Shown one piece after another: positions 15,772-28,632 of a DNA stretch of 64,000 nt; the stretch's first letter is position 1; each line of letters starts with the position of its first letter. This DNA is from Octopus sinensis (lineage: Eukaryota): contig NC_043025.1 in assembly GCF_006345805.1 (NCBI RefSeq), positions 4,588,001 through 4,652,000 of the forward strand. Direction: 5' to 3'. A program made the position numbers and the translations under genes. The notes beneath the pieces are model-generated. The model was not told where the DNA came from. It searched no databases and worked only from the letters and a program-made list of their open reading frames with translations.

Positions 15772-15960
15772 CTGCTCCGCATTGCAACAAGATGTGTATT
15801 CGTTATAGCAATTGCTCCCCCAAAGCAAATTAGATAAAATTTGAAATACGTGGAACGTCAAAGCTGCTAACAAAATCAGGACAGTCAAAATTTTCGCTAA
15901 GGGATGTTTAACCCTTAACGGGGTGACGTGGTGAACGCTGCAGAAAGAGAGCTTCGTCAA
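15772..15960 (-). promoter_or_regulatory. candidate promoter / first exon of an unidentified minus-strand gene
   Basis: Consensus donor CAG|GTAAGA at 15772/15771 on the minus strand. Locally CpG-rich unique sequence with TGACGTGG (ATF/CREB-type) at 15924-15931. Confidence 0.3.
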
Positions 15961-16536
15961 GAGACAGACGGGAATGCATGAACGAAAAGAAAGAGAATTA
16001 CATTTAGAAATAGATCTATAGTTATTGCAGACAGAATTTCTGTTAGAAATAAAGAACTATAATATTGAATTATGCATAAAGCGCTGACTTACTTCGGGGC
16101 TTCCAATTTCTCTGTAAAATATAAGATTGTCGCAAAATCATCGCACATGTCACCATCGATTACAATGCCGGTGGAAGATAAACGTTCCAGAGGACATTCT
16201 TGTTCTTTCGTTCGTACAAGGATCGTATTATGTTTCGGCTTAAAATAAATTATAGATACAAATATAATGTATAGAAATATATAAAAACCAGAATAGAAAA
16301 TAACGTCTTAGGCATAAAATGAGATAACATGAGATATCAAAGTGTTATAAACTTGAAACTTACTAGAATATCATAGAGATATAATATCAAGTCATCCAGT
16401 CAGTTCTGTCCAATTTTACCTGTTTTTTGATTTGAATGAAATTTAATAGTATTTGCAAATGTCTAATACAATTAAAAATTATTTTTATGCATTTGTGTAC
16501 GTTTAAACTAATTCAATATTGTTTTACATAATAATA

Positions 16537-17850
16537 GACGGTGTCCACCAAGTCTGCGTACATGGGAATTAACACATACTTTTAAAACAAAACAATTTTA
16601 TTTAATTATAATGTTAATAAATAATATTTTCAAAGTCATTTCCATCATTTTCAATGGATAACTTGATGCGCCTTGCAAAATTCAGGTGAACTTGATTAAA
16701 TAAGTCTACATTGCCATCAATTTAAGCACACTGACTGGTAATGCGTTCTCTCGTGTGTTTTAAATCTGTAATCTTTATTGAGTAAACTTTCTCTTTCAAC
16801 ATACCCCAGAAAAAGAAATCAAGGGGAGAAAGGTCTGGTGAACGAGGGGACCATTCCATATGACCCCTTCTTCCAATCTAGTGAGGAGGAAAAGTGTCAT
16901 TAAATCAATCTCTAACAGTTGTGCAAAATGGGTAGGGGCCCCATCCTGCTGAAACCAATTCGGAGGCCCTCGCCTAGGCGCTCAATTTAAGATATTAATT
17001 TGTCTCTCAATATATTTGCATAAGTCTCATCCGTTACATGTTCAATGAAGAAGGGTCCTAGAACATGAGCTTTCCAAAAACCACACCATCACCTTTTTGC
17101 TGTTTGGATAGATCCATCCAATGTGGATTACCTCGAGACCAGTATAGAAGATTCTGTCTGTTGACCTCACCATTTACATAAAACGTAGCTTTGTCACTAA
17201 ACAACACAAAGTTTTTCGTAAAATTGATATTTTCATCCAATTTATCTGAAAACCATTCGCACGTCTACATTCGTCTACCAGTATCGTCTTCATTTAAGTG
17301 ATGCAATATCTGTAGGTTGTATCGATGAAACTTTTCCTCAACCAGCATTTTGTGGATGGTTGGTTTTGGAACACCTAACACCGTAGATGTCCGACGAAGT
17401 GATTTTTGGGGGCTAGCTAGCAGAAACTTTAGCCTCGACAGCCTCTTTAGTTTCATCTGAAGTCTTTGGTCGCCCAGAACGGGGTTTATCCGAAACACTG
17501 CCTGTTTCTTTAAATGTCTTGATCAATTTCCTGACGGCAGTAAAATAAATAGGTTGCCTACAAGGGTGTGGAAGATTAAATTCTTCCGCAATTTTGCGAT
17601 AAGACCATCCCTCTCGTCCACTTAATAATACTAACTCGATTCTTTCTTCTTTAGACAGATTCATCATTCGATCTGGGATTCTTTCTTCTTTAGACAGAGC
17701 CATCATTCGATCATCTGTAGAAAAAATAACAAATAAATTTAGAAAAGTAAAGTATTTTTTTTATTTAATTTAAACAAAAGTAAAAAAGGAAAATTATTAT
17801 TTCTTATGTTATGATTTTATTCCATAAACCCAGACTTCGTGGACACCCTA
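16537..17850 (-). mobile_element. degenerate Tc1/mariner DD41D (rosa/Visitor-type) transposon
   Basis: TIRs GACGGTGTCCACCAAGTCTG / CAGACTTCGTGGACACCCTA. Minus-strand remnants include the HTH region (KFKETGSV-like), FSDKATFYVNGEVNRQN, WFQQDGAPTH and WSPRSPDLSPLDF. The second and third D are 41 residues apart after repairing one 1-bp deletion. Confidence 0.85.
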
Positions 17851-17879
17851 AAATTGCTTTGATTAAAACCCCTTTCAAC

Positions 17880-18876
17880 ATGGAAGTATCCAAGGAGCAT
17901 TTAAGGCACATATAATTCTTTATGAGTACAATAAAGGTAACTCTGCTGCCGAAGTGACTCGAAACATACACTCAGTTTATAGCAAAGTGCTCGAATGAAA
18001 GAACTTGCAGGAGATCGTCTGCAAAATTGAAGATGAATATCGAACAGGATGTCCAGTTGAGTTTGACAAGCTCCTAGAGGCATTACTTGAAGAAAATCCG
18101 TCATTATCAGTTGAAGAATTGGCAATAAAGCTTACTTCAAACCATACAACAGTTCATCGTCATCTACAACAACGTGGAAAGATTCCTAAACTTGGAATAT
18201 AGGTGCCTTATGTATTGTCCGAAAGCAACCGCAAATCCCGAGTTGGCATCTGCTCTTCTCTCCATTCTCGCAAACTCATTTCACCATTTTTCGATAGACT
18301 TGTGATGAAAAATGGATTTTCTATCGAAATGTTAGACGTCGTAAATAGTGGTTTGGTAAAAGGGGAAATTCTCAACCACAACTGAGAAGGGAACTTCATG
18401 GGAAAAAGGTTCTACTCTCTATCTGGTGCGATTGCAAAGGCGTAATTCACTTTATATTGTTACCACCTAATGCAACAATCAATGCTCAAGTCTACTGTCA
18501 GCAATTAGAGCGTTTGAACCAAGCTTTGAAGGAAAAAAGAGCCGCTTTAGTGAGTCGAAAACGAGTGATGTTTCATCAGGACAATGCGCAACCCCACACT
18601 GCAAAGATCACATCACAGAAGATCGAAGGGGTCGGTTTGGAAAAATTTCTTCATCCAACTTATTCTCCCGACCTTACTCCCTCAGGATACCATTTGTTTC
18701 ATAGTTTACAGAATTAGTAGGGGGATACAACTTTCGCAAGCCAGGGGGAGGTCGAACCTGACATTTCAGAGTTCTTCGCTTTGAAACCAAAAGAGTTTTA
18801 CGTTGATGGGATTAAAAAGCTTGTAAATAGATGGAGGTAAGTCATAGATAATTAGGGAAAGTACATTGATGATTAA
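17880..18876 (+). pseudogene. mariner transposase pseudogene
   Basis: MEVSKEHLRH...*VPYVL (WVPHEL motif), HQDNAQPH and YSPDLTPSGYHLF; 34-residue D-D spacing with the last D mutated to G. Contains stops and frameshifts. Confidence 0.9.
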
Positions 18877-19350
18877 CTTTCAATTAAATATAACATTTGA
18901 TCACTTGTATTATTTATCCAAAATTCAGACAGAACTTATGGGATGACCTGAGATATATACACTGGCGAAAATATATTTAAGACAGACGATAAAAGTTCTA
19001 TTTCTTACAAAATATTTTGTTACTAACACCATACAAATTATTTTTATCTTTTACACCTTATGCAAAATTTATTTCGCTTTCGAATGATGCAGACAATAAC
19101 CATTTTTATACAACTTGAAGAATTCTAATGCTAAATATAATTTTAATGGAGATAACCTGCAGTATATAGTACAACATTTTTGTCTCCGTATATGAGCTAA
19201 GTATTAATAAAATGTGGTATACGATAAAAATTTCGGATATTTGTCTTAAAACATTCAGACAAGAAAATTCAGATGTAGCACATGAGGTATTATTCCATAC
19301 GAATATCCACATATTTATATTAAAAATTTCATGATAAAAATATAGAAATA

Positions 19351-19917
19351 TTGGGTTGTCCGGAAAGTTCTTGCAGATTTATAGTAGCTTATATTTCGAC
19401 TTATTTTAGAACATGTTTGAGTCCATAAAATAGGATTTGACTACACCTCCATTTGGAGCACAGTTTAATCTATCTTTTCGTGGAAGAAGGTTCATGTTCC
19501 AATAACCTGTGTTAATTCTGTAACCCTTTAAATTAAAAGATGAGAAAAATTCATTATCGGCATTTGATGCTTTGGGAACCAGACAAAAATTGCTGCAGCT
19601 TGGCTGGGGTGACTTACCCCACCCTCCATATTCACCAGATATTACTCCTTCGGATTTCCACTTATTCAGGTCTCTGCAGAATAGTCTTAATGGTGAAAAT
19701 TTCAATTCCTTAGATGACGTAAAAAGATACCTTGATGAATTATTTGCCTTGAAACCACCCCAATTCTGGGAAGAGGGTATTTTTAAGGTAAATGTAAGAT
19801 GGAGACGTATTGTGCAACGAAATGGTTCAGATTTGGTTCATTAAAAATGTAATGGCAAGTATTTAGTGACCATGTACTTTCCTTTAAAAATCGGAACGAA
19901 CTTTCCGGACAACCCAA
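19351..19917 (+). mobile_element. internally deleted mariner (MITE-like, 567 bp)
   Basis: TIRs TTGGGTTGTCCGGAAAGTTC / GAACTTTCCGGACAACCCAA with TA on both sides. Retains the transposase C-terminus (HPPYSPDITPSDFHLFRSLQN). Confidence 0.9.
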
Positions 19918-20269
19918 TATAAACATGAAAAATAAAAACCTAAATTGAAAGAGGCGATTAAATTTTTTTCCTAACCTGCAGCCGTTTGTTGTACGAAGTA
20001 TTCGAAATTCAGCCCTCCTTCCTCAGGGTTCCTTTCTCGAGGTAAAATCCAGCAGTAAGGCACTACATAGTGAGTATTCAAGTTGTGAAAGTTCAGTTTT
20101 TGTGTATCGATAAATAATATTTTCAAGAGAATTACCACGTTTAAATAAGAAATGAAAATCATTTAAGTTAATCATGCAATTTTGGGAATATTCCATTTTT
20201 TTACTGATATATACTACAATAACAAAGAAATTATTTAAGATTTTAGATTTATGCATAAGTATTCATATG

Positions 20270-20658
20270 GTTCCAAAACACATGGTTCTCAGTTCAGCCC
20301 CACTGTGTGGTAACTTGGCATGTGTCTTCTATTATAGCCTGAGACCAACCAAAGCCTTGTCAGTGGATTTTGTAGACAGAAACTGAAAGAAATCAATCGT
20401 ATATATATCTATGTATGTATGTAAGTCTGTGTGTGTGTCTTTGTGTTTCTCCCTCATCACTGCTTCACAACTGGTGTTCGTTTATTTACATCCCCATAAC
20501 ATACTGGTTTCACAAGAAGAAACTGATAGAATAAGTACCAGGCTTATCAAAATTTAAAAAAGCTCTACGCAGTGTCTCACATATATATGGATTTCGTGGA
20601 CAGGAACTGAAACAAATCAATCGTATATATATGTATGTATATATGTAAGTGTATGTGT
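20270..20658 (+). mobile_element. old degenerate family-A SINE with tandem partial duplication (continues 23365-23590 after the LINE)
   Basis: Diverged match to the family-A consensus (GGTTCTCAGTTCAGCCCCACTG...AAACTGAAAGAA). Confidence 0.7.
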
Positions 20659-23364
20659 TTTAGTATTGGCAACATGAATGACAATGGCCAGAGACTACTT
20701 GAATTTTGCACATACCATAAACCTGTGCATCACCAACACATTCTTTCCCAACAAGACATCCCACAAGGCATCTTGGAGACATCCAAGATCTCACCACTGG
20801 CATCAGTTGGATCTCATCATTACACGAAGATCCTTTCTGAATTCTGTTCAACTGACCCGTAGCGCGGATTGTGACACAGATCATTCACTAATAAGAAGGG
20901 TGAGGATTCTGCCTAAAAAGTCCATCACTCCAAGAAAATGAGCCAACCACGCATTAACACTGCCAGAACCTCGGACCCTACACTGCGACAATGTTTTGCT
21001 GTTTCTATCAAGGTTGCCCTCAGTAGCTGCCCAACCTCCTCTGCTGAAAGTAGGTGGAATTATATCAGAGAAGCTTTGTATACCACATCAATAGATACTT
21101 TCGGAATGAGAGAAAGGTAAAACCCAGATTTTGTTCAGTACTGGGCTCTCAGAGCTGGAAACAGTTATCGAAGCAAAGCGTGCAGCTCTGATGCAATACA
21201 AGAGTGTTTCTTCTACAAAGTCACTCGAAGAACTCAGAAAGGCAAGAAATAAAACCCAACTCACTGCCAGACGCTGTGCAAATGGGTATTGACAGGAAAT
21301 CTGTCAGAGTATCCAGTCAGCTGCTGACAGTGGCGACACCCGTGGGATGTATGCCGGTTTGAAGAAGGCCCTCGGTCCATCCGCAAATACCTCAGCCCCT
21401 CTGAAATCAACTACTGGAGATCTCATCAGGGACCAAAGCAAGCAAATGGATAGATGGATGGAGTACTACCAGGATCTCTACTCACGAGAGACCACGGTAG
21501 CTGAGGCTGCAATCGAGGGTGTCAAGATCTTGCCAGTCATGTGTTAACTTGACAGTCTGCCATCTATAGCAGAGCTCACCAAATCTATTGACTCCCTAGC
21601 AAGTAACAAGGCTCCGGGAAAAGACGGCATCCCCTTAGAGATCATCAAAACCGGCAAAAACACCATCCTGCTTCGGCACATTCATGAGCTTCTGTGTCAG
21701 TGCAGGTAAGAGGGTACAGTCCCTCAGAATATGCGGGATGCTAACATCATTACGCTTTACAAAAATAAAAGTGACCGTGATGATTGTAACAATTACCGTG
21801 GAATATCTCTTCTAAGCACAGTTGGAAAGGCCTCTGCTTGCATTATCCTGTCCAGGCTGCAACTAATTGCTTCTCGAATTTATCCAGAATCGCAGTGTGG
21901 CTTTAGAAGCAGATCAACTATTGACATGATATTCTCCATACGCCAACTTCAGAAGTCCAGAGAGCAGAACATGCCATTATATATGGCCTTCATTGATCTG
22001 ACAAAGGGCTTTGACTTGGTAAGTAGAAAAGGCCTCTTCATCCTGCTCCAAAAAATCGGATGTCCACCAAAGCTGCTGAGGATCATCAAATCATTCCATG
22101 CTAATATGCAAGGCACCATACAGCACAATGGTTCAACATCAGCCGCCTTCCAAATAAAAAATGGGGTAGAGCAAGGTTGTGTCCTTGCTCCTACATTATT
22201 TGGCATCTTCTGCTCGCTGCTGCTCACATGCCTTTGAGACATCAGATGATGGAGTGTTTCTGCACAGTAGAAGTGATGGGAACTGTTCAATCTCTCGCGT
22301 CTGCGTGCCAAGACCAAAATTTCAGAAGCATCCTGATCAAGGAGATGCTATTTGCTGATGATGCCGCTCTGGTATCACACACAGAAGAAGCCCTACGAAG
22401 GCTCAGCAACTGTTTTGAGCAAGCATTTGGCAACTTTGGCTTAGTTATCAGCCTCAAGAAGACCAACATCATGGGTCAGGCTACATCGGACATCCCAAAC
22501 ATACATATTGGAGACCACAGAGTATAGGAGGTGGAGAAGTTTACCTATCTTGGCTCTACCGTCACCTACAACTTATCCCTTGATGCTGAGCTCAATATAC
22601 GCATTGGCAAGGCAGCTGCTGTGATGGCCCAACTCACCAAACGCGCATGGGACAACAATAAGCTGACCAAGACCCAAAAATGAAGATTTACCAGGCATGT
22701 GTACTTAGCACTCTACTGTATGACTTTGACGCCATACACACGCCATACGACGCCATACGTCGCCTAAATATCTTTCACCTGCGCTGTCTCCGGAAAATCC
22801 ATCGCATCAAATGGCAGAATCATGTCCCTAACAAAGATGTCCTCAAGCAAGCAGGAATACCAAGCATGTTTGCACTCTTCACACAAAGACGTATGAGATG
22901 GTTTGGACATGTTAGCCGTATGGAAGATGGCAGAATCCCCAAGGACATACTCAACGGAGAGTTTGCTAGGGGCACTAGGTCTGTGGGAACACCGTTCTTA
23001 CGATACAAGGATGTTTGCAAAAGGGACATGAATGCCTGCAACATCAATATTACCAACTGGGAAGCAGTTGCCAGCAACCGTGGAGATTGGCGACGTACCG
23101 TGAAAGAGGGAACACAAAGGAGTGACACAGTGAGAAAGGAGAAATGGAAAGACAAGAAAAGACGTCAACAAGAAACTATGACATTACAACCAGTCAGGCA
23201 AAGTCTTCGCTACATTTACGGCACCTGCCAGAGGGAGTGTTTGTCCCGGATAGGACTACACAGCCACAGCAAGAGATGTATTAGGACATGAAATGTAAAA
23301 GCCGGACAAGATTATTTTATGCGCAACTCCATTGTCTCCCGAGACAAAAAGGATGCCAACAACA
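20659..23364 (+). mobile_element. 5'-truncated RTE-clade (BovB-like) LINE, disrupted
   Basis: APE C-terminus (NGQRLLEFC..LCITNTFF..WRHPRS..WHQLDLI) and RT motifs (NNYRGISLLS, PESQCGFR, FIDLTKGFD, QGCVLAPTLF, LFADDAAL). Ends GLHSHSKRC with a (CAA)n tail. 78-bp flanking direct repeat. Confidence 0.93.
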
Positions 23365-23657
23365 ATATATATGGATTTCGTAGACAGGAACTGTAACAAA
23401 TAAATCGTATATATATGTATGTATATATGTAAGTGTATGTGTGTGTCTTTGTCTCTGTGTTTCGCCCTCATCACTGCTTCACAACTGCTGTTCACTTATT
23501 TACATCCACATAACTTACTGGTTTCACAAGAACAAACTAATAGAGTAAGTACTAGGCTTATCAACATAAAAAAGCACTAGGCTGTGTCTCATATTTTTGT
23601 TTGCTCACTCAGTTGTATCTATCAATTTATCTTTGTATGTGTGCATGTGTGTGTGTA

Positions 23658-23721
<64 letters not shown>

Positions 23722-25024
23722 ATATATATATAACACCCTAATGGGAGCCTTAAATCCCAAATTTTAGTAATTTCTTTTATGATCCAAAACTTGGTCAAAA
23801 GTACTGAATGGATCTTTATGAAATTTGGAAATCATATTCTATGCATAAGGGCCATAACACCCATGACAATTCATATATTTTTGCTGTTGATGAAATTTTA
23901 ACCATAGACATTGGACACAAATGAAGTAATATCTATAAAATTTCATCTTACAAAGTTAGAAAGACCCCTCCATGGGGACTTAACAACTACAATTTTGTCA
24001 TTTTATCTAAGCAAAAATGAATACAGTTGTGCTCTTGGAAGCTGTAGGGTTACCCGAGCATAAAAGATGAGCATTATTTGTAATTCAATGGTACAACAGT
24101 GTAACAGTTTGCTTTGACATACACACTGCATAAATTGTCAAGTAAATGAGAGGCATCTTTGCCTCCACTGATTCAGTTGCAAAGTGTAGAGTAAAATTTA
24201 TTTGATTGCAGACCTCCTTTCAGTCTTTTTATTATCACTCGGTCACACATAGTCCCCAGATGGTAACATTGATTTCAAGGCCTTCCCAGATGAGTGACTG
24301 GTTATTCGAAGACATTTATAGATTTTAAATTTATTCTGTCCAGTTACGTATCAGTATAGTGGTCATTTGCAAACTACTGAGGTGACACTTTCATTTCTCC
24401 TTAGCTCTCACGTCAAACAGTTGTTAATGTTGATTTCAGTTGGGTCACGCCCTTCCAATTGCTATAGATTTGTAATGCATCTTACGGCTGTGCCTGTCAC
24501 CTGGATGGTGAGGAATCCTACATTAGGAGTGGTAACGACTAGGGTAGGGTAACTGACTGCTTATTGTGATCATTCGTCTTTTGATTTCCTGTAGCTTTGC
24601 TCTCTTTTACAAACCCAGTGAACATATATTTCCTATTTCAAAGAAATTCAAACAATAGATATAAGACCCAAGTTAAAAAGATTTTCAACAATTCAACTTC
24701 TCTGGTTGACATTAAGATGCCCACCCCCAACAGGGGCCTTAACTCTCACATTTTAGAGCTCCATGACCTTCATTTTTCAGGAACAAAATCTTTTTAACAA
24801 GTTAAATAAGACTGGAATTTTGGAATATGCGCATAAAAATCAGGATTATGTGATACATGTGGCACGATTACAATTTTTTAGGGTGTGTAAAGATTGAAAT
24901 AACCCTCATCTGCAATTTTGATGAAATTCGAAACATAGATATTCCAGTTCATCACAGAAGATATAACAGAAAAGTCTAATTCTCCAATTGAATGTAATCG
25001 GGTAACGCCGGGTATCTCTGCTAG
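23658..25024 (+). mobile_element. non-autonomous Helitron (~1.37 kb)
   Basis: A|TC 5' end plus (TA)n; 3' GC-rich hairpin-like TCGGGTAACGCCGGG followed by CTAG|T at 25021-25025. Confidence 0.7.
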
Positions 25025-25102
25025 TTATATATAATATAAAAAAGTAAAAGATATGCAATAAATATAAATATGTATATAAAAGTAAAAATGTACATATATA
25101 TA

Positions 25103-25148
<46 letters not shown>

Positions 25149-26704
25149 TTTCTTTTCTTTCTTTTATTCTTTTACTTGTTTCGACCCGAACACTTCTTTA
25201 AAGTAATTCTATATATTTCGCAAGAAAGAACAATAATATTATGTATATACATGCCACCATCGGGGGGACAAACACAAACACACACACAGTTTCCGTCTAC
25301 CAAATTCACTCACAAGGCTTTGGTTGGCCTGAGGCTCTAGTAGAAGACCAAGGCGTCGCGTAATGGGGCTGAACCCAGAACCATGTAGTTGGTAAGCAGG
25401 CTACTTACCACACAGCCACTCATGCATATGTGTGTGTGTGTGTGTGTGTGTGAGTGTGTGTGTGTGTGGTGTGTGTGTGTGTGTGTGTGTGTGTTTGTGT
25501 GTGTCTGTGTGTAGTTTGACAAGTGTCAATGCACGAAACTCTCGCCCCCCAAGTCACTCTGTTGCTTCTGCTAAATATTGATAAACACATATATGACAGG
25601 CTTTTTCAGATTCCGTCAACCAAATCTACTCACAAGGGTTTAGTCGACCCAGAGCTATAGTAGAAACACCCGCTCAAAGTGCCACGCAGCTGGACTGAAC
25701 CCGGAACAGCTTACAACACAGTCACGCCTGCTTCTATTCACATATATACATCTCTTATTATAAAAGGCAGATTTTATCTGCCTCCCTTTGTAACTTATAG
25801 AAATCTACAATATAGGATTTCTTCAATTACAATTTACCTAGCATTTTTAAGAGTAGAATGCATCGGGTCATGCCAGGTCCAGTTTTTAAAATTTAAACTC
25901 CAATTAAGCAAAATTTACAGAAAACTCACATTCTGGTGTGTATGTCAAATGCTTTTCTTAATGTGGTTTACACCACACGCACACGCACACACACAAAAAG
26001 GGACCGATCTCATTCACTCACGCTATCACTCATTTCTGCGACTTTCTCTTTGCACGTTTGCAGCGATTAAAGTGAAACTAATTCGATAAAACGAGAGAAG
26101 TGTACCTTAAACCACTACTAAAAAAAAAAAAAACAGCAAACAGAAACAAATAAATACATAACGATTTACTCCTCACACAATTTCTTCAATTAGAGTGTAC
26201 CCATGATTTTTCAGAGTACTTCAGTGGGTGATGCCATAAAAAATTTCTTTCAATTTTACCACCAATTAAGACAAAATTCGAGAAAACTCAATATTTTAAT
26301 ATTTCACTCCGAAAGCATTGATGTACATGTGTGCGTGCGTGAGTGTGTGTGTGTCATTCCTCACACACACGCATACACATACATATATGAGAGTGGCAAA
26401 CACAAACGTTTCAAACAACTACATACAAACACGTGTGTGTTTGTTATTAGTAAAAAAGGCGCCAAAACACAACTCACTTATCATTCCAACACATTTGCAA
26501 AGACACACGGACGGTGGAATTGCTATAACAATACAGAAAAGGTAAATTGGTTTTTATTTTACTCTGTATATATTTTATTATATAATATTATATATAGATA
26601 TATGTATATATAATTGCAGTATGAAACAGTGTTTATGTATAAACAGACGACACTTATATATAGTTATTATAATAAGAGATTAATAAATGAATGCATCCGT
26701 TTAA

Positions 26705-27025
26705 CCCTTTCGTTACTAAACCGCCCGAATTTACCTATTCATATTTAAATGAGAATATCAGAGCAAATCTCTTTAGTACATTCGTGAAAACACGTATTAT
26801 ACTTCGTAAACACTTCAACTACAGTTTTGTACAAAAATCGAAGTGTAATTTTAATTCCTTGAATTATGGGAGATTTTTTTCCGAAATTTGTTCCTATTGT
26901 GTTTTCAAAATTTGTAATTCTGACAAAAAATGGATACGAATTTCATTATATCAAGCAGCGAGTCAGAATTCGAAGGATTTTCTACTGAAGACCTTCATAA
27001 ATCTAACTCTATGACTGAAAAAAAA
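26705..27025 (+). mobile_element. piggyBac-type MITE fragment (left end only)
   Basis: TTAA|CCCTTTCGTTACT, same terminus as the complete copy at 38842. Right TIR not found. Confidence 0.5.
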
Positions 27026-27029
27026 AGCA

Positions 27030-27414
27030 TCTTTATATAAGAGTGAAGTTGTGTGTCTGTCTCCTACGATTTAGATTCCTAACTACTCCCACATTTTGCG
27101 GTGCAGTTTAACCAAAAGCGGGTATCTTATAGTCGTGATTCATATCGAGCCCTTCTGGGTATTAGCGCGCGTCTACGATGAGTCTACGATTTAAAAAAAA
27201 TTTACCATCATATTTTTCCATTTTAATGCATTTTTTTCGCTTTTATATAAGGGAAGTAACTCTCTAAAAATATCTACGATGTGTCAACGATTTAAAAAAA
27301 ATTTACCTTAATTTTTTTTCAATTTTTAATGCATTTTTTTTGCTATAACTCTCTAAAAATGCTTATATAGTTATTTCCCTTACAAACCCGAGCAACGCCG
27401 GGCGATACTGCTAG
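27030..27414 (+). mobile_element. non-autonomous Helitron (385 bp)
   Basis: A|TC start; 3' hairpin CCCGAGCAACGCCGGG then CTAG|T. A second copy lies at 60186-60582. Confidence 0.88.
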
Positions 27415-27419
27415 TGATA

Positions 27420-27648
27420 TATATTTCTTTTGCTACCCACAAGGGGCTAAACATAGAGGGGACAAACAAGGACAGACAAACGGATTAAGTCGATTACATC
27501 GACCCAGTGCGAAACTGGTACTTTATTTATCGACCCCGAGAGGATGAAAGGCAAAGTCGACCTCGGCGGAATTTGAACTCAGAACGTAGACGAAATACTG
27601 CTAAGCATTTCGCCCGGCGTGCTAACGCTTCTGCCAGCTCGCCGCCTC
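27420..27648 (-). mobile_element. family-B tRNA-derived SINE (Nin-domain-like core)
   Basis: Head GGCGGCGAGCTGGCAGAA, B box GAGTTCAAATTCC, core GTCGACTTTGCCTTTCATCC..GGGGTCGATAAA..AGTACC. Confidence 0.85.
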
Positions 27649-28084
27649 TTGCATATAAATCTATGTGCGTATATAGACACAGTTATACATACACATACCT
27701 AGTCATGGATGGCTACACACACTAACACACACGTACACATACACATGCAAGTAGTCACACGAGTGTACACACAACCACACACATACGCACGCACACACAC
27801 ACATACACACTCGCACGCACGCACATAATCTCCTTTCCTCTCACCCTTATTCTTCTAAGCAAACACACATCTACACACACATAGAAAGGCATACATGCAC
27901 GCAGACATAAAATTAATTCGCGGCCAAATTTCAGGGCAGACGTTGAAGAGAAAGGACAAGCTATTGAAAAGGTCGCGAAAAATAGCGACGAACGGACTTT
28001 CACGAAGAAATATAAAATTAGAAAAAACCACCTTTTATCAATTCAAAATGAACAATTAAATTACACCATCTAGAAAATTACATA

Positions 28085-28501
28085 TGTAACGAGAAAGGAT
28101 CTATTATCGAAGCACTGGAAGGGTGTCGATATCCGATCTAGTCACATATAAAATTCTAGAAAACAATACAGACGAACTCAGGTTAAAAGGGTGAACAGAC
28201 AGTAGTTTGGTTTATTGATTTCGACGTAGTACGTTGTCTGGTGGGAGAAAGACAGCCTCTGATATACTGCTTCGTGTTAGTCGTTGAAGTTGGTTGAAGT
28301 TGGTTGCTGGTCGTGTGGCTGTCAGAGCCCGGAATTCGTGACCGATCGCAATGCTGTCTTAGCCGAAGAGGGAGATTTGAGCTTCGCGGGCTCGAGGGAA
28401 CGTTTTCCCGCACATGCGCATGGGGAAGACTTCCGGTGTCCATCCGGAAGTAGTCCCATTCTGCGCATGCGCGCCGAACCCTACACAGTAGCATCACTAC
28501 A
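28085..28501 (-). repeat. 3' LTR (417 bp)
   Basis: TGTAG...GTTACA on the minus strand; AATAAA at ~28211-28216. Contains CCGGAAGT and TGCGCATGCGC motifs. Confidence 0.95.
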
Positions 28502-28513
28502 GGGCTCCCCTCC
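28502..28513 (-). other. polypurine tract GGAGGGGAGCCC
   Basis: Immediately precedes the 3' LTR on the minus strand. Confidence 0.85.
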
Positions 28514-28632
28514 GAGTGCGAAGTACGGCAACAAGAAAATTTGTGGTGGTGCTGCAGAAAACAGAAGGCTTGCCGATCCCCCAGAAGACTTGATACATAA
28601 TATCATACAACAAGAAACATTTTGAAAGAAAG

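Larger units (their letters stand above)
16387..18951 (+). mobile_element. degenerate mariner (DD34D) transposon, interrupted by a DD41D element
   Basis: Left TIR TA|TCAAGTCATCCAGTCAGTTCTGTC matches the reverse complement of the right TIR GACAGAACTTATGGGATGACCTGA. Transposase remnant at 17880-18876. Confidence 0.8.

Noticed and set aside
14678-15837. 300-350 aa ORFs (LAWLG / AKPSQ repeats)
   Set aside because: They are artefacts of the (GGCTT)n tract, which is open in all frames.
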